Below are positions 28,423 to 37,789 of a stretch of DNA of 53,251 nucleotides, piece after piece; the first letter of the stretch is position 1; each line of letters begins with the position of its first letter. Source of the stretch: Bacteriovoracaceae bacterium (GTDB lineage: Bacteria; Bdellovibrionota; Bacteriovoracia; Bacteriovoracales; Bacteriovoracaceae); the NCBI GenBank assembly GCA_018649885.1, contig JABIHA010000105.1:1-53251 (forward strand), written 5' to 3'. Below the pieces are notes generated by a model that was given only the letters and a program-made list of their open reading frames with translations, did not search any database and was not told the origin of the DNA. The position numbers and the translations under genes were made by a program.

Positions 28423-28557
28423 CCTGACATTTGTCGATTAAATGCAAAATATTGGTCAAGTTTATCAGTTGATTGTCAATTGACATACTGACTCCAGTTT
28501 AGATTTCAAGTGAGTGGATGACGAGGGAGACGTGTAGCACACTCCGACAAGGAATTA

Positions 28558-29775
28558 CTATCTGGCAGAGTAGAGGTCCATCATTGGCATAATTACAGAG
28601 GCCACTATAAAGCCTACCGCACATCCCATACCCACCATCATAATGGGCTCTAGTACAGAGGTTAGGCCATTTAGTTTATTTTCAACTTGATCTTCGTAAT
28701 TTTCAGAGACAATGGCCAGCATTGGCTCTAGCTCTCCAGATTGTTCACCAAGTGAAATCATATGTGTGACTAGAGAGGGAAAGTAGCCGGACTTCTTCAA
28801 GGGACCTGCAAGGGACGCTCCTTCCGCAACAGAGTCTTTTGCTTCTCTAAGGGCCTCTTTCATATGAACGTTGGGAATCAAGTTAATGACGATTCTCATG
28901 GAGGTGAGAATTGGGACACCTGAGCTCAGGAGTGTGCCCAAAGTAGAGCAAAACCTCGAAACGTTAATCATTTTTATAATTGTCCCCATAATAGGGAGTT
29001 TTAGTTGGACTGAGTGCCAGCGATTGATGCCTGATTTTGTCTTGAGGTAGCGATTGATGAGAAAAGTAATTACCACACCTGCAATTAAAATAAATAGCCA
29101 ATCCTCTCTAATAGTATCTGATATCCAGATGCTCACTTTGGTTGGTAGAGGTAGCTCTTTTTTCATAGATTTAAAAACTTTTGTAATTTTGGGGATAACA
29201 AAAGTAAATATACCAATCATCATCACTGAACCAAAAAATAGCATAACAAATGGATAGAAAAGGGCACCAGTAATTTTATTTTTTAACTTTACTTGTGATT
29301 CACTAAAATCTGCTAATCTGAGTAGGACTATCTCTAGAGTTCCTGAAGCCTCACCGGCTTCAACCATATTGACATAGACATTATTAAAAATTTTAGGGTA
29401 GTCACTAAAGGCCTTAGCAAGACTGGTACCCTCATTAACTTTTTGTTTAACTTCAGAAAGCACTAATTTGAGTTTTTCGCTGTCCACCTGATCAACTAGG
29501 GCGGACAGAGCATCAACTATTTGAATTTTGGCCTTAACAAGTGTTGCCAGCTGTCTTGTCATCATTGCCAAGTCATTTATACTGACACCTTTTTGAAGAA
29601 AGCTAAAGCTGGAGCCTGATTTATCAGAACCAGAAGACTTCTCCTCTTTAATTGAGAGGAGCATTATACCTTTAGTTTTGATCATGCTCTTTGCAGTTCC
29701 AATCCCATCGGCACTAATTTTATCTTTGATTTCCTTACCGGTTTTATTTAGACCTTTAAAGGTGTAAATTGGCAC
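28558..29775 (-). CDS. gspF: Type II secretion inner-membrane platform protein F
   Basis: TRQLATL, MVEAGEASGTL, LLSSGVP, GEQSGEL, LEPIMM. Confidence 0.95.
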   Translation of the reverse strand: MPIYTFKGLNKTGKEIKDKISADGIGTAKSMIKTKGIMLLSIKEEKSSGSDKSGSSFSFLQKGVSINDLAMMTRQLATLVKAKIQIVDALSALVDQVDSEKLKLVLSEVKQKVNEGTSLAKAFSDYPKIFNNVYVNMVEAGEASGTLEIVLLRLADFSESQVKLKNKITGALFYPFVMLFFGSVMMIGIFTFVIPKITKVFKSMKKELPLPTKVSIWISDTIREDWLFILIAGVVITFLINRYLKTKSGINRWHSVQLKLPIMGTIIKMINVSRFCSTLGTLLSSGVPILTSMRIVINLIPNVHMKEALREAKDSVAEGASLAGPLKKSGYFPSLVTHMISLGEQSGELEPMLAIVSENYEDQVENKLNGLTSVLEPIMMVGMGCAVGFIVASVIMPMMDLYSAR

Positions 29776-29792
29776 TTAAACCTCTCCTCATT

Positions 29793-31523
29793 TTAACCAC
29801 TAAACTCTTCATCATTAATTGCCCTGACCATTTCATCGATTGATGTTTTGCCTGCGAATACTTTTTCCAGGGCATTGTGACGAAGTGTGCTCATTCCATT
29901 TTTAATAGCAGCTCTTTTTATTGTGGAAGAGTCAGCCTGTCTTAAAATATGATTTTTAATGTCATCATTGATAACTAAAAGCTCTGAAACGGAGGTCAAA
30001 CCGCCATACCCTGTGCCCTGGCATCTTGGGCATCCACCAGCTGCGAAAATTGTGGCCTCATCAGGTATTTCTTCAATGCCGAGTAGTGAGAGTTCAAAAT
30101 CAGTGGCTTCATGAGGTTTTTTACATACCTTACAAAGAGTTCGAATAAGTCTTTGGGCCAAAACAGCTGCCAGAGATGAGGCGATTAAAAAGGGTTGAAC
30201 ACCCATATCAATTAACCGAGTAGGGCAGGAAGAGGCATCATTGGTGTGAATGGTGGAAAGTACGAAGTGACCAGTGAGTGACGCATTAATGGCCATCTCA
30301 GCTGTTTCGTAGTCTCGTGTTTCACCAACCATGATGACATCGGGGTTTTGTCTGAGGATGGATCTGAGTGCACGGGCAAATGTCAGATCAATTTTTGGGT
30401 TTACTTGAATTTGAGAAATACCACCGAGTTCATATTCCACTGGATCTTCAACGGTAATAATCATCCGATCGGGAGTATTAATTCTCTCGAGCATTGCAAA
30501 GAGTGTAGTTGTTTTACCATGGCCTGTTGGACCTGAAACGTAGACAACACCGTGCTTTAGTTGAGATAGCTCATCTAGTCTTTTTAGCACTTGGCCTTCA
30601 AAACCAAGAGACTCCAGTTTTAGAATATTATTACTTTTTTCTAAAACTCTCATAACTATTCGTTCACCATTTTGAACAGGAACAGTTGAAAGTCGAATAT
30701 CAATATCTTTACCGGCAATTTTAATTTTTATTCTTCCGTCTTGAGGGATTCTTTTTTCTGCAATATCAAGTTTTCCCATAACCTTGACTCTTGAAGTCAC
30801 TGCCATATGGGTTTTGATGGGTTGCCTTAATATTTCTGTCATCACACGATTTATTCTAAACCGGTATATTGATTCCTTTTCATAGGGTTCAATATGTATG
30901 TCTGAAGCTCTTTCTTTAACTGCTCTAAAAATGATGGAGTTAACAAAGCGAATGACGGGCGCTTCGTCAGCAGCTGCATCGAGAATATCTATGGGGCCAT
31001 CGAGATCAAGGTTTTCTTCGAATTCATCTTCAATATTGTCGATTAAATTCTTATTCGCTTTTTCAAAGACCCTATTTATGGCCTCATTTATTTTTAGAGT
31101 CGATGAAACTATTGGTGTGATATTTTTATCAAAGAGCGTTCTTAGATCAGCTAGTACTTCATGTTTAAAGGGATCGGTCATGACGACTGTAACTTCATCA
31201 GAGGACTCGACAATTGGTAGTACCTCATGTTGTTTACAGTAGTTGATAGGAAGATCTCTTATGATTTCACCATCAATTTCTTCAACTTTAAATTCTTCGG
31301 AGTAGGGGATTCCCATTTGTAAGCAAATGGCCTTGGTGATGTCATGGGGATGAATATAGTTTTTCTTGAGAAGAATTTCACCTATTAAAACATCACTTTC
31401 ACTTTGAATTTCAAGGGCCTCATCTAACTGTTCTTGTGTTAGCGAAGTGTGCTTAACCAAAATTTCACCAATTTTGATATTCTGCTCTTCAGCCCCTTGT
31501 ACTAGATTTTCTGACCTACTCAA
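29793..31523 (-). CDS. gspE: Type II secretion ATPase E with MshEN-like N-terminus
   Basis: KIGEILV, RASDIHIEP, LDIAEKRIPQDGR, Walker A GPTGHGKTTT, TVEDPVE, LRQNPD, CxxC...CxxC. Confidence 0.96.
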   Translation of the reverse strand: MSRSENLVQGAEEQNIKIGEILVKHTSLTQEQLDEALEIQSESDVLIGEILLKKNYIHPHDITKAICLQMGIPYSEEFKVEEIDGEIIRDLPINYCKQHEVLPIVESSDEVTVVMTDPFKHEVLADLRTLFDKNITPIVSSTLKINEAINRVFEKANKNLIDNIEDEFEENLDLDGPIDILDAAADEAPVIRFVNSIIFRAVKERASDIHIEPYEKESIYRFRINRVMTEILRQPIKTHMAVTSRVKVMGKLDIAEKRIPQDGRIKIKIAGKDIDIRLSTVPVQNGERIVMRVLEKSNNILKLESLGFEGQVLKRLDELSQLKHGVVYVSGPTGHGKTTTLFAMLERINTPDRMIITVEDPVEYELGGISQIQVNPKIDLTFARALRSILRQNPDVIMVGETRDYETAEMAINASLTGHFVLSTIHTNDASSCPTRLIDMGVQPFLIASSLAAVLAQRLIRTLCKVCKKPHEATDFELSLLGIEEIPDEATIFAAGGCPRCQGTGYGGLTSVSELLVINDDIKNHILRQADSSTIKRAAIKNGMSTLRHNALEKVFAGKTSIDEMVRAINDEEFSG

Positions 31524-31541
31524 CTTATTTCCCCTTCAAGG

Positions 31542-34052
31542 CTAATCATCTTGCGCTGGAGGTACATCACCACCCATTTGTTCTTCAGTTATCAGCTCTG
31601 GGCTGACATTATTGGCAGCGTTTTGAGTTCCCTCAGTTGTAGGGTCAATACCTTCAACTGTTTCGATAAGTGGAACATGCTGATTTTCATCTTTGGCCAG
31701 TGCTTTTTGGTCTTTTTTGTTTTGGTTTTTCATATATTCTTCTTTTTGATCCTCTGTCAGCTTTTTTGCTCTGTTGCTTTCACGAACTATCTCTTGATAG
31801 TTGGGAATATTCGGATTGTAATTGCCCTGTCTAATACCATCATTGGAATCATTACTTTGTTGATACTGTAGGGAATCGTCAGGGTTGTATAGTGGCCCTT
31901 GTGCCTGCTTTTTGGCCTTTTTATATAGGCCTTTAGAAGTAGCGTTAAAGGGGTCATCTTCTCCGTAAACATCTTTTAAATGAGCTGCCCTTCTATTGAG
32001 AATATCTTTCATAGTCGAGGCTGCAGTTTTTTCATATGGAGTTAAGATTTTTGGAGTTAAAAAGAAAATTAAATTAGTCTTGAAGACAGATTTTTCTTTT
32101 TGCTTAAATAACCATCCAAGAATAGGGATATCTCCAAGAAGCGGGACCTTACTTTCGGTCACTGACTCTTTGTCGCGCATCAAACCACCCATGGCAATGG
32201 TGTCTCTGTCCCTTACTACCACAGTTGTTACGGTGGTTCTGAATGTTGTAGCGGCTCCAGACCCTGTTGAGTTAATACGGTCTGAAAAATCTTCTACTTT
32301 TTGGTCAATTTTTAATTTTACAAATCTTGTTACCTTATTGATCTGGGGGGTGATTTTTAGGGCGAGCTTAACCTCTTGGGTTCCTGTGCTAATTGAAGTC
32401 TGGCCGTTGGCGATAGTTTTTTCTTCCACAGGGATTTTTTCACCAACCTCAAAAATAGCTTCCACATTGTCTTGTGCCAATATTTGAGGTGTGGCCAAAA
32501 TATCTGTATTATTGTTGGCAGCAACAGCTTTTATAAGTGCATTGACTGATCTAATTTTGACGGTGCTTCCGTTGGGGAGGTCCACATTGACTTTACTTCC
32601 TGCGCCCGCACCAACAAATAATCCAGAAAGATTGGTCATATTATTTGTAATAAGGTCCATTAAACCTGTAGGCTGGAAGCCGGCCCTTTCTGTTGCACCT
32701 GAACCGTAAGCTCCAAAAATTGAAATACCTAGGGCCCTATTTTTTTGAATGAGTGTCTCCATAATCAAACCTTCAACATAAACTTGATTCTTAGGTATAT
32801 CGAGTTTGGCGATCACATTTTTAATTGTTAAATAATCGGTGGGGGAAGCCGTGACGACTAGTGCGTTATTATCTTTGTCGGCTGTCACTTTCACATCAGC
32901 CGAAAATAGCCCCGTTGAAGTTGAGCTCGATGAAAACCTTGATGCTAGTTTTGAAGAAGAAGATCTAGTCGATTTTGTAGATTGCTTTGATCCTGTGGTT
33001 AAGGTGCCTAGCGTTTTTGCAAGGGACTCAGCATCTCCATAGTTTAGATAGTAGACGTGGACTCGGTCAGAGCCTTCTGAAGGTGTTTCCACATCGAGCT
33101 TGCCAATTAGAGTTCGTAGTTCTTTTTCACCATCTGAGTTGGCCATGGCAATTATCGAGTTAGTCCTAGGTTCTGCAATGATCTTTCCAATATTTTGTTT
33201 TTTATTACTAGAAGATTTTGCAGATGAACGAAATCTTGAGGATGTGCCACTTTGAAGGATTTGATCGAGAAGTTTGGCAATTTCTTGGGCCGAAGAGTGG
33301 TGAACTTTGATTATTTGAAGGCCCATTTCATGGCCTGGCACATCTAGAAATTTTAATAATTGTTGGATTCTATTGATTTGTGCACCTGTATCGTGGACGA
33401 TCAGGGTATTTGTTTGTTTGATCGCCATTAAACGACCATATCTTGATATAAGTGGTCTAAAAGTTGTTTGGACCTCAGATACATCAATATTTTTGAGTGG
33501 AATAATTTTCATGACGTAATTATCAGTGTCGGGTGTAAATTTGCCTGTGTAGATTTTTGCAGGTGTATACCTAACATCTCTGGCCTGGATAATTTTATAA
33601 AAGGCTCCTGACTTCACTAGGGTAAGTCCATTGAGATTTAGTGCTGTCAAATAAGCTTTCCAAGCATCTCCCACTGTTATAGGGGTGGGGGCAAGAATTG
33701 AGATTTTTCCCTTTACATCTTTGTCGAGAATTAGATTGATTCCTGTCAGTTTCTGCATATGTTTTGTAATTTCTAAAATATCAGCATTTGGGAAATCAAA
33801 ACTCTCAATAACTTCAGGGCCAAAGGCAGTTTCAGGGTTTAAGTTAACATAGGGGGAGTCACTCTTTGGTGGAGCAGTGAAGGAATTAATCCCGCTTCCC
33901 CTGCCAAAGGCATCCTCTTCTTTATTTCTAGTCTTACTTTCACCCGATTTCTTTGCTGTAAACTTCGATCTAGATTTGTATTTATTAAATTGTGCGGATA
34001 CGTTCGTAGATGCTAAGGAAGCAAAAAGGAGGATTTTAAAAATGTTTTTCAT
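31542..34052 (-). CDS. gspD: Type II secretion secretin D
   Basis: N0-N3 domains, QVYVEGLIME, ATPQI, GGLM....SKVPLLGDIPILGWLF, LTPKI. Confidence 0.96.
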   Translation of the reverse strand: MKNIFKILLFASLASTNVSAQFNKYKSRSKFTAKKSGESKTRNKEEDAFGRGSGINSFTAPPKSDSPYVNLNPETAFGPEVIESFDFPNADILEITKHMQKLTGINLILDKDVKGKISILAPTPITVGDAWKAYLTALNLNGLTLVKSGAFYKIIQARDVRYTPAKIYTGKFTPDTDNYVMKIIPLKNIDVSEVQTTFRPLISRYGRLMAIKQTNTLIVHDTGAQINRIQQLLKFLDVPGHEMGLQIIKVHHSSAQEIAKLLDQILQSGTSSRFRSSAKSSSNKKQNIGKIIAEPRTNSIIAMANSDGEKELRTLIGKLDVETPSEGSDRVHVYYLNYGDAESLAKTLGTLTTGSKQSTKSTRSSSSKLASRFSSSSTSTGLFSADVKVTADKDNNALVVTASPTDYLTIKNVIAKLDIPKNQVYVEGLIMETLIQKNRALGISIFGAYGSGATERAGFQPTGLMDLITNNMTNLSGLFVGAGAGSKVNVDLPNGSTVKIRSVNALIKAVAANNNTDILATPQILAQDNVEAIFEVGEKIPVEEKTIANGQTSISTGTQEVKLALKITPQINKVTRFVKLKIDQKVEDFSDRINSTGSGAATTFRTTVTTVVVRDRDTIAMGGLMRDKESVTESKVPLLGDIPILGWLFKQKEKSVFKTNLIFFLTPKILTPYEKTAASTMKDILNRRAAHLKDVYGEDDPFNATSKGLYKKAKKQAQGPLYNPDDSLQYQQSNDSNDGIRQGNYNPNIPNYQEIVRESNRAKKLTEDQKEEYMKNQNKKDQKALAKDENQHVPLIETVEGIDPTTEGTQNAANNVSPELITEEQMGGDVPPAQDD

Positions 34053-34065
34053 GGTAGTCCTTCAG

Positions 34066-35409
34066 CTATTTCTTTTTTTCTTTATTTGCGCATTCACCAA
34101 TCTTGTAGGCAAGAGATTGTTCTATCCCTCCACGATCGACAGTGACGCTAAATTTTTTCATATTTTGAATTTTGCCAAATAAATTCATCACTTCATTTAG
34201 GTTATTGATTTTTCTTTTATTAATTTTGCGGATGATATCATCATCTTGAATCCCTAAGTGAGAAAAAATTCCATCTGGTGCAACTTCTTGAATTCGAAAT
34301 GAAAGAGTACCATCTGGGTTTTGAATGGGAACCCCTCTGGCCTGGGTCAGCACATTTCCTAAATCCTTCAGCTTATCTTTAAAGAAGCCACATTCAACAT
34401 CAAAGTTATTGCCATCATTTTTGATTCCCTCTGGAGTGAGAGAGTCCATTAGCTTTTTACCGCTGTCTTTATCGAGAATATTAAATTTGTACTTACTTTG
34501 AGAGATTTTCTCTTTATTGGCGATATATTCACATTTTCCACTTGAGAGATTTTTGACAATTATCTTTAGTCTTGTGATTTTATCGATTTTTGCCAAGTTT
34601 TGAATTTTTTCACCCTGCCTAAAACTTTTTAAGTCTCTGGCCCCTCTTACTTGGACTGCGGCAACAGATTTAATAGCATCTTGCAAAACAACAGTAGAAA
34701 TCAGCTTTATAGGAAGAGAAGACTTATTACTGCTTTGGTCACAGACTAGTGTTGTATTGATGATTGGCTTGATGTCTTGAATTGTTTCATTGCCTCGAAG
34801 TTTGACTCTAAATACATTGGTCATTCTGACTTTATTGATTTGAGGTCTAGTCCCTTGCGCTTTGGCACTAATTTTTTGAACAGGAAGCTTTCTTGGGGTA
34901 GGTCGACCTTTCATTGCGAGTCCACCAACTTTCCCCACGCCATAAGCCATGCCAAGCGCGGAAGATAATATAAAGGCCTTATGGATAAATGGTCTGGCGG
35001 TAGTACTAAGAAGTTTCTCTGCAAAGTTGAGTTTTTCTGCACTAAAATTATCAGCTTTTAAGGATGTTGCTGTTTTCTTTGCCATTTTTGCGCGGGCGCC
35101 ACTCCAGCCTTTCTTTGTAAAGGCCAGGACTCCTGCCATGGCCAGACTGACTTTCTTTTTAAATCCACTAGAAGTACCAAGTGAAGGCACAGATTGTTCA
35201 TCACCGTCATCATCACCGAGCAAGTCATCAAGGCTAGCTTCTTTAAACTCAGAGGGGGTTTCATCCATTTTGACGGAGTCTGGAAGATCAGAATCTTGAA
35301 AGGTAGGTACCTCTGCAGTTGAGTCGTGATCAGTTTGATCGTCTCCCAGATTCTTCTTGGATACCTTACTTTTGAGCTTTGCTATTATGTCTTTAATAAA
35401 TTTGTTCAT
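34066..35409 (-). CDS. gspC: Type II secretion protein C (HR and PDZ domains) with acidic N-terminal extension
   Basis: First gene of the cluster; TM, HR-like LISTVV segment, C-terminal PDZ (FSHLGIQDDDIIRKIN). Confidence 0.85.
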   Translation of the reverse strand: MNKFIKDIIAKLKSKVSKKNLGDDQTDHDSTAEVPTFQDSDLPDSVKMDETPSEFKEASLDDLLGDDDGDEQSVPSLGTSSGFKKKVSLAMAGVLAFTKKGWSGARAKMAKKTATSLKADNFSAEKLNFAEKLLSTTARPFIHKAFILSSALGMAYGVGKVGGLAMKGRPTPRKLPVQKISAKAQGTRPQINKVRMTNVFRVKLRGNETIQDIKPIINTTLVCDQSSNKSSLPIKLISTVVLQDAIKSVAAVQVRGARDLKSFRQGEKIQNLAKIDKITRLKIIVKNLSSGKCEYIANKEKISQSKYKFNILDKDSGKKLMDSLTPEGIKNDGNNFDVECGFFKDKLKDLGNVLTQARGVPIQNPDGTLSFRIQEVAPDGIFSHLGIQDDDIIRKINKRKINNLNEVMNLFGKIQNMKKFSVTVDRGGIEQSLAYKIGECANKEKKK

Positions 35410-35573
35410 TTCCTATATTGTGACTCCTTCACAGCTGCCTTGCAAGCGGGAGGTGTTAGGTAAATTATTTCCTTTAAGCCTGCGAAAAAAGAGGATAATT
35501 TGTGTCTTTTCGAATTTTATTTAGCAGGTTATTCTTTTAAGAAGAAAAAGTTTTCGGGGGCATCGGTTCTAAT

Positions 35574-37355
35574 TTGAAATTTAACTCAAAATACTCATTG
35601 TGTCTGCTTTTATTTTTACTCACTTCCTGTGGTACAGGGGGGTTTAACTTTAAAAACTGGTTTAGTGAAAAAGAAAAAAATGAAAAAAAGAGTAAGTCTA
35701 ACAAGTATAGACTGGGTCCACTGAGAAAAAAATCAGGCTACTTCAAGGATGTCACAGCAAAATATGGCCTTCCAGGAATCAAAGCAACCCATATTTACGC
35801 TGTTGACTTCAATAGCGATGGATGGACAGATCTAGTTGTGTTACCTGAGTTTTTTAGTCGGCCAGAGTTTTACTATTTTTCTCCTAGGAAAAAGAAATTC
35901 TTGAGGCTTTGGTATAGTCCCTTTAAAAAAAATATGAAGGCCTCTTTTTTAAATTTTGTTGACTTTGATAATGACGGCATCATGGATGTCATCGTAGGAG
36001 TTCTCAATCAGAAAACAGAAATCACAAAGTCTCCTCTGATCATCTTTCGTGGTTATCTTAAAAAGAAGAAGCTCAGCTACGGGAGAGCTTTTACTTTTCC
36101 TGGTAAACCACGGCCAATTTCTTCAGCTACAGTTCTAGATTATAACTTAGATGGAAAACTGGATCTCTTTGTCAGCAATTGGTATGGCCCGGGTAAATAT
36201 GGCCCCGCTATTACTCCCGACCAGCTCTTTTTTGGAGAGGGTTTTCGTTTTAAGGATGTCTCGGGTGCACTTAAAGAAGAAAATAAGAGAGATGGAAGAG
36301 AAGGGCCGTATGTAAATGCAAAACCAACTTATGGGGCGCTTAATTGTGATATTGATGGAAATCATTATCCCGATATATTAACGGTTTCATCGGACGGGTT
36401 TGCCAATAAAGTGTGGATGAATGTTTACAATAAAAAGTTGAGGGCCAGGTCATTTGAAAATGCTGGAAATATCTCAAATTTTGGAGCTGACTCGCAGGGT
36501 GATTACGATCTTCGAGGAGGAGGCCGTACATTTGGACTTGATTGCATTGATTACAATGGTGATGGAATCATGGATACATTTTTAGGTGAGCTTTCTCATT
36601 CGTATGACAATGAAAATCGGGACCGCTCTAGTATTCTTACAGGCTCAAGAAGAAAATTTCCCCCAAAATTTGTAAGGACCCAGTACTACGATGATCAAGG
36701 CCTTACTAATTGGAGTCAGGGAGATAGAAGGGGAACATTTTTTGATTATAACTTTGATGGTCTTGTAGACTTAATTGTAGATAACACAGGTTTTCCCCCA
36801 AAATCGAGACTTGTTCTTTTTGAGCAAGAAAAAAACCACGCCTTTAAAGATATAGCCGTAAGAGCAGGTATCGATATTCTCAATCCTTCCGGCACAGTTA
36901 TTATGGATTTCAACAAAGATGGTAAGCCAGATATAGTGACAGGTCAGACAAGTATCAGAGCTGGCAATATTAAAAGAAGTATTTACCTATTTGAAAACCA
37001 GCTTCCCAGGAAAAGGAGGAGGAGCTTAAGGTTTTTTCCAAAGGGAGTGTGGTCTAATGCTGCAGGAATTGGAGCGAGAATTGTTTTGAAGACAAATAAG
37101 AGAGTTCAAACTAAGTATGTTCATTACTCGCATGGGGGTCTTCCCTCTCAAAATGAAAGAGGTGTATTTTTTGGGCTTTCAAAAAATGAAAAAGTGGTCT
37201 TTGCTAAGGTTTATTGGCCATATAAGAAGAAGGGAAAACCCTTTGTTAGAAAGTATAAGCTCTCTAAGCTTAAATTTAAAAAATTTCTGAATTTAACTCT
37301 TTGTGAAATTGGAGATGCAAAGAAAGGGCGTTTCGCAAAATGTCCTAAAAAGTAG
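35574..37355 (+). CDS. FG-GAP/VCBS repeat lipoprotein with ASPIC/UnbV domain (CRTAC1-like)
   Basis: LTSC lipobox; repeated DFNxDGxxD motifs; SNAAGIGARI and GGLPSQN...FFGL C-terminal motifs. Confidence 0.88.
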   Translation: MKFNSKYSLCLLLFLLTSCGTGGFNFKNWFSEKEKNEKKSKSNKYRLGPLRKKSGYFKDVTAKYGLPGIKATHIYAVDFNSDGWTDLVVLPEFFSRPEFYYFSPRKKKFLRLWYSPFKKNMKASFLNFVDFDNDGIMDVIVGVLNQKTEITKSPLIIFRGYLKKKKLSYGRAFTFPGKPRPISSATVLDYNLDGKLDLFVSNWYGPGKYGPAITPDQLFFGEGFRFKDVSGALKEENKRDGREGPYVNAKPTYGALNCDIDGNHYPDILTVSSDGFANKVWMNVYNKKLRARSFENAGNISNFGADSQGDYDLRGGGRTFGLDCIDYNGDGIMDTFLGELSHSYDNENRDRSSILTGSRRKFPPKFVRTQYYDDQGLTNWSQGDRRGTFFDYNFDGLVDLIVDNTGFPPKSRLVLFEQEKNHAFKDIAVRAGIDILNPSGTVIMDFNKDGKPDIVTGQTSIRAGNIKRSIYLFENQLPRKRRRSLRFFPKGVWSNAAGIGARIVLKTNKRVQTKYVHYSHGGLPSQNERGVFFGLSKNEKVVFAKVYWPYKKKGKPFVRKYKLSKLKFKKFLNLTLCEIGDAKKGRFAKCPKK

Positions 37356-37713
37356 GTTCAAGCCCTTCATTATCTTTCCAAAATTTTCCCTCGAAATTGC
37401 CTTGGTCAAAATTTGTGACAATAAATCCATCCTCAGATCCCTGAGTATCAAAGCCATAATCTAGTGCGCCTTTTTTCAAGTAAAATGCTGTAAAGGGATC
37501 AATGTGGACCCTAGTTTCTCTTGATGTGATGACGGTGTCGTTTTCATCAGCATTAGTGAAGCCTGTGGCGTAGGTAAACCCATCACAACCTTTGCCATCG
37601 ATAGTAATTCGAAAGACCTTGCCACCCAGGGTGAAGTCATTTTCAAGTATTAGCTGAATTTGATCAGCAGCACCTTCTGTGATCATTAATTGATTTTTAA
37701 TGCTTTGAATCAA
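37345..37713 (-). CDS. HesB/IscA-family (A-type carrier-like) protein lacking the C-terminal CxC
   Basis: ITEGA...FRITIDGKGCDGFTY...D..FY.....LDY..GFIVTN; likely start TTG 37713 (AGGGG RBS) or ATG 37686. Confidence 0.78.
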   Translation of the reverse strand: MIQSIKNQLMITEGAADQIQLILENDFTLGGKVFRITIDGKGCDGFTYATGFTNADENDTVITSRETRVHIDPFTAFYLKKGALDYGFDTQGSEDGFIVTNFDQGNFEGKFWKDNEGLEPTF

Positions 37714-37789
37714 ACGCCTAACCCCTGTGATAAATTGTGAATTCACGATATAATAGCTGCTAATGGTTAAGTTGTTCCTATCATAGGAG

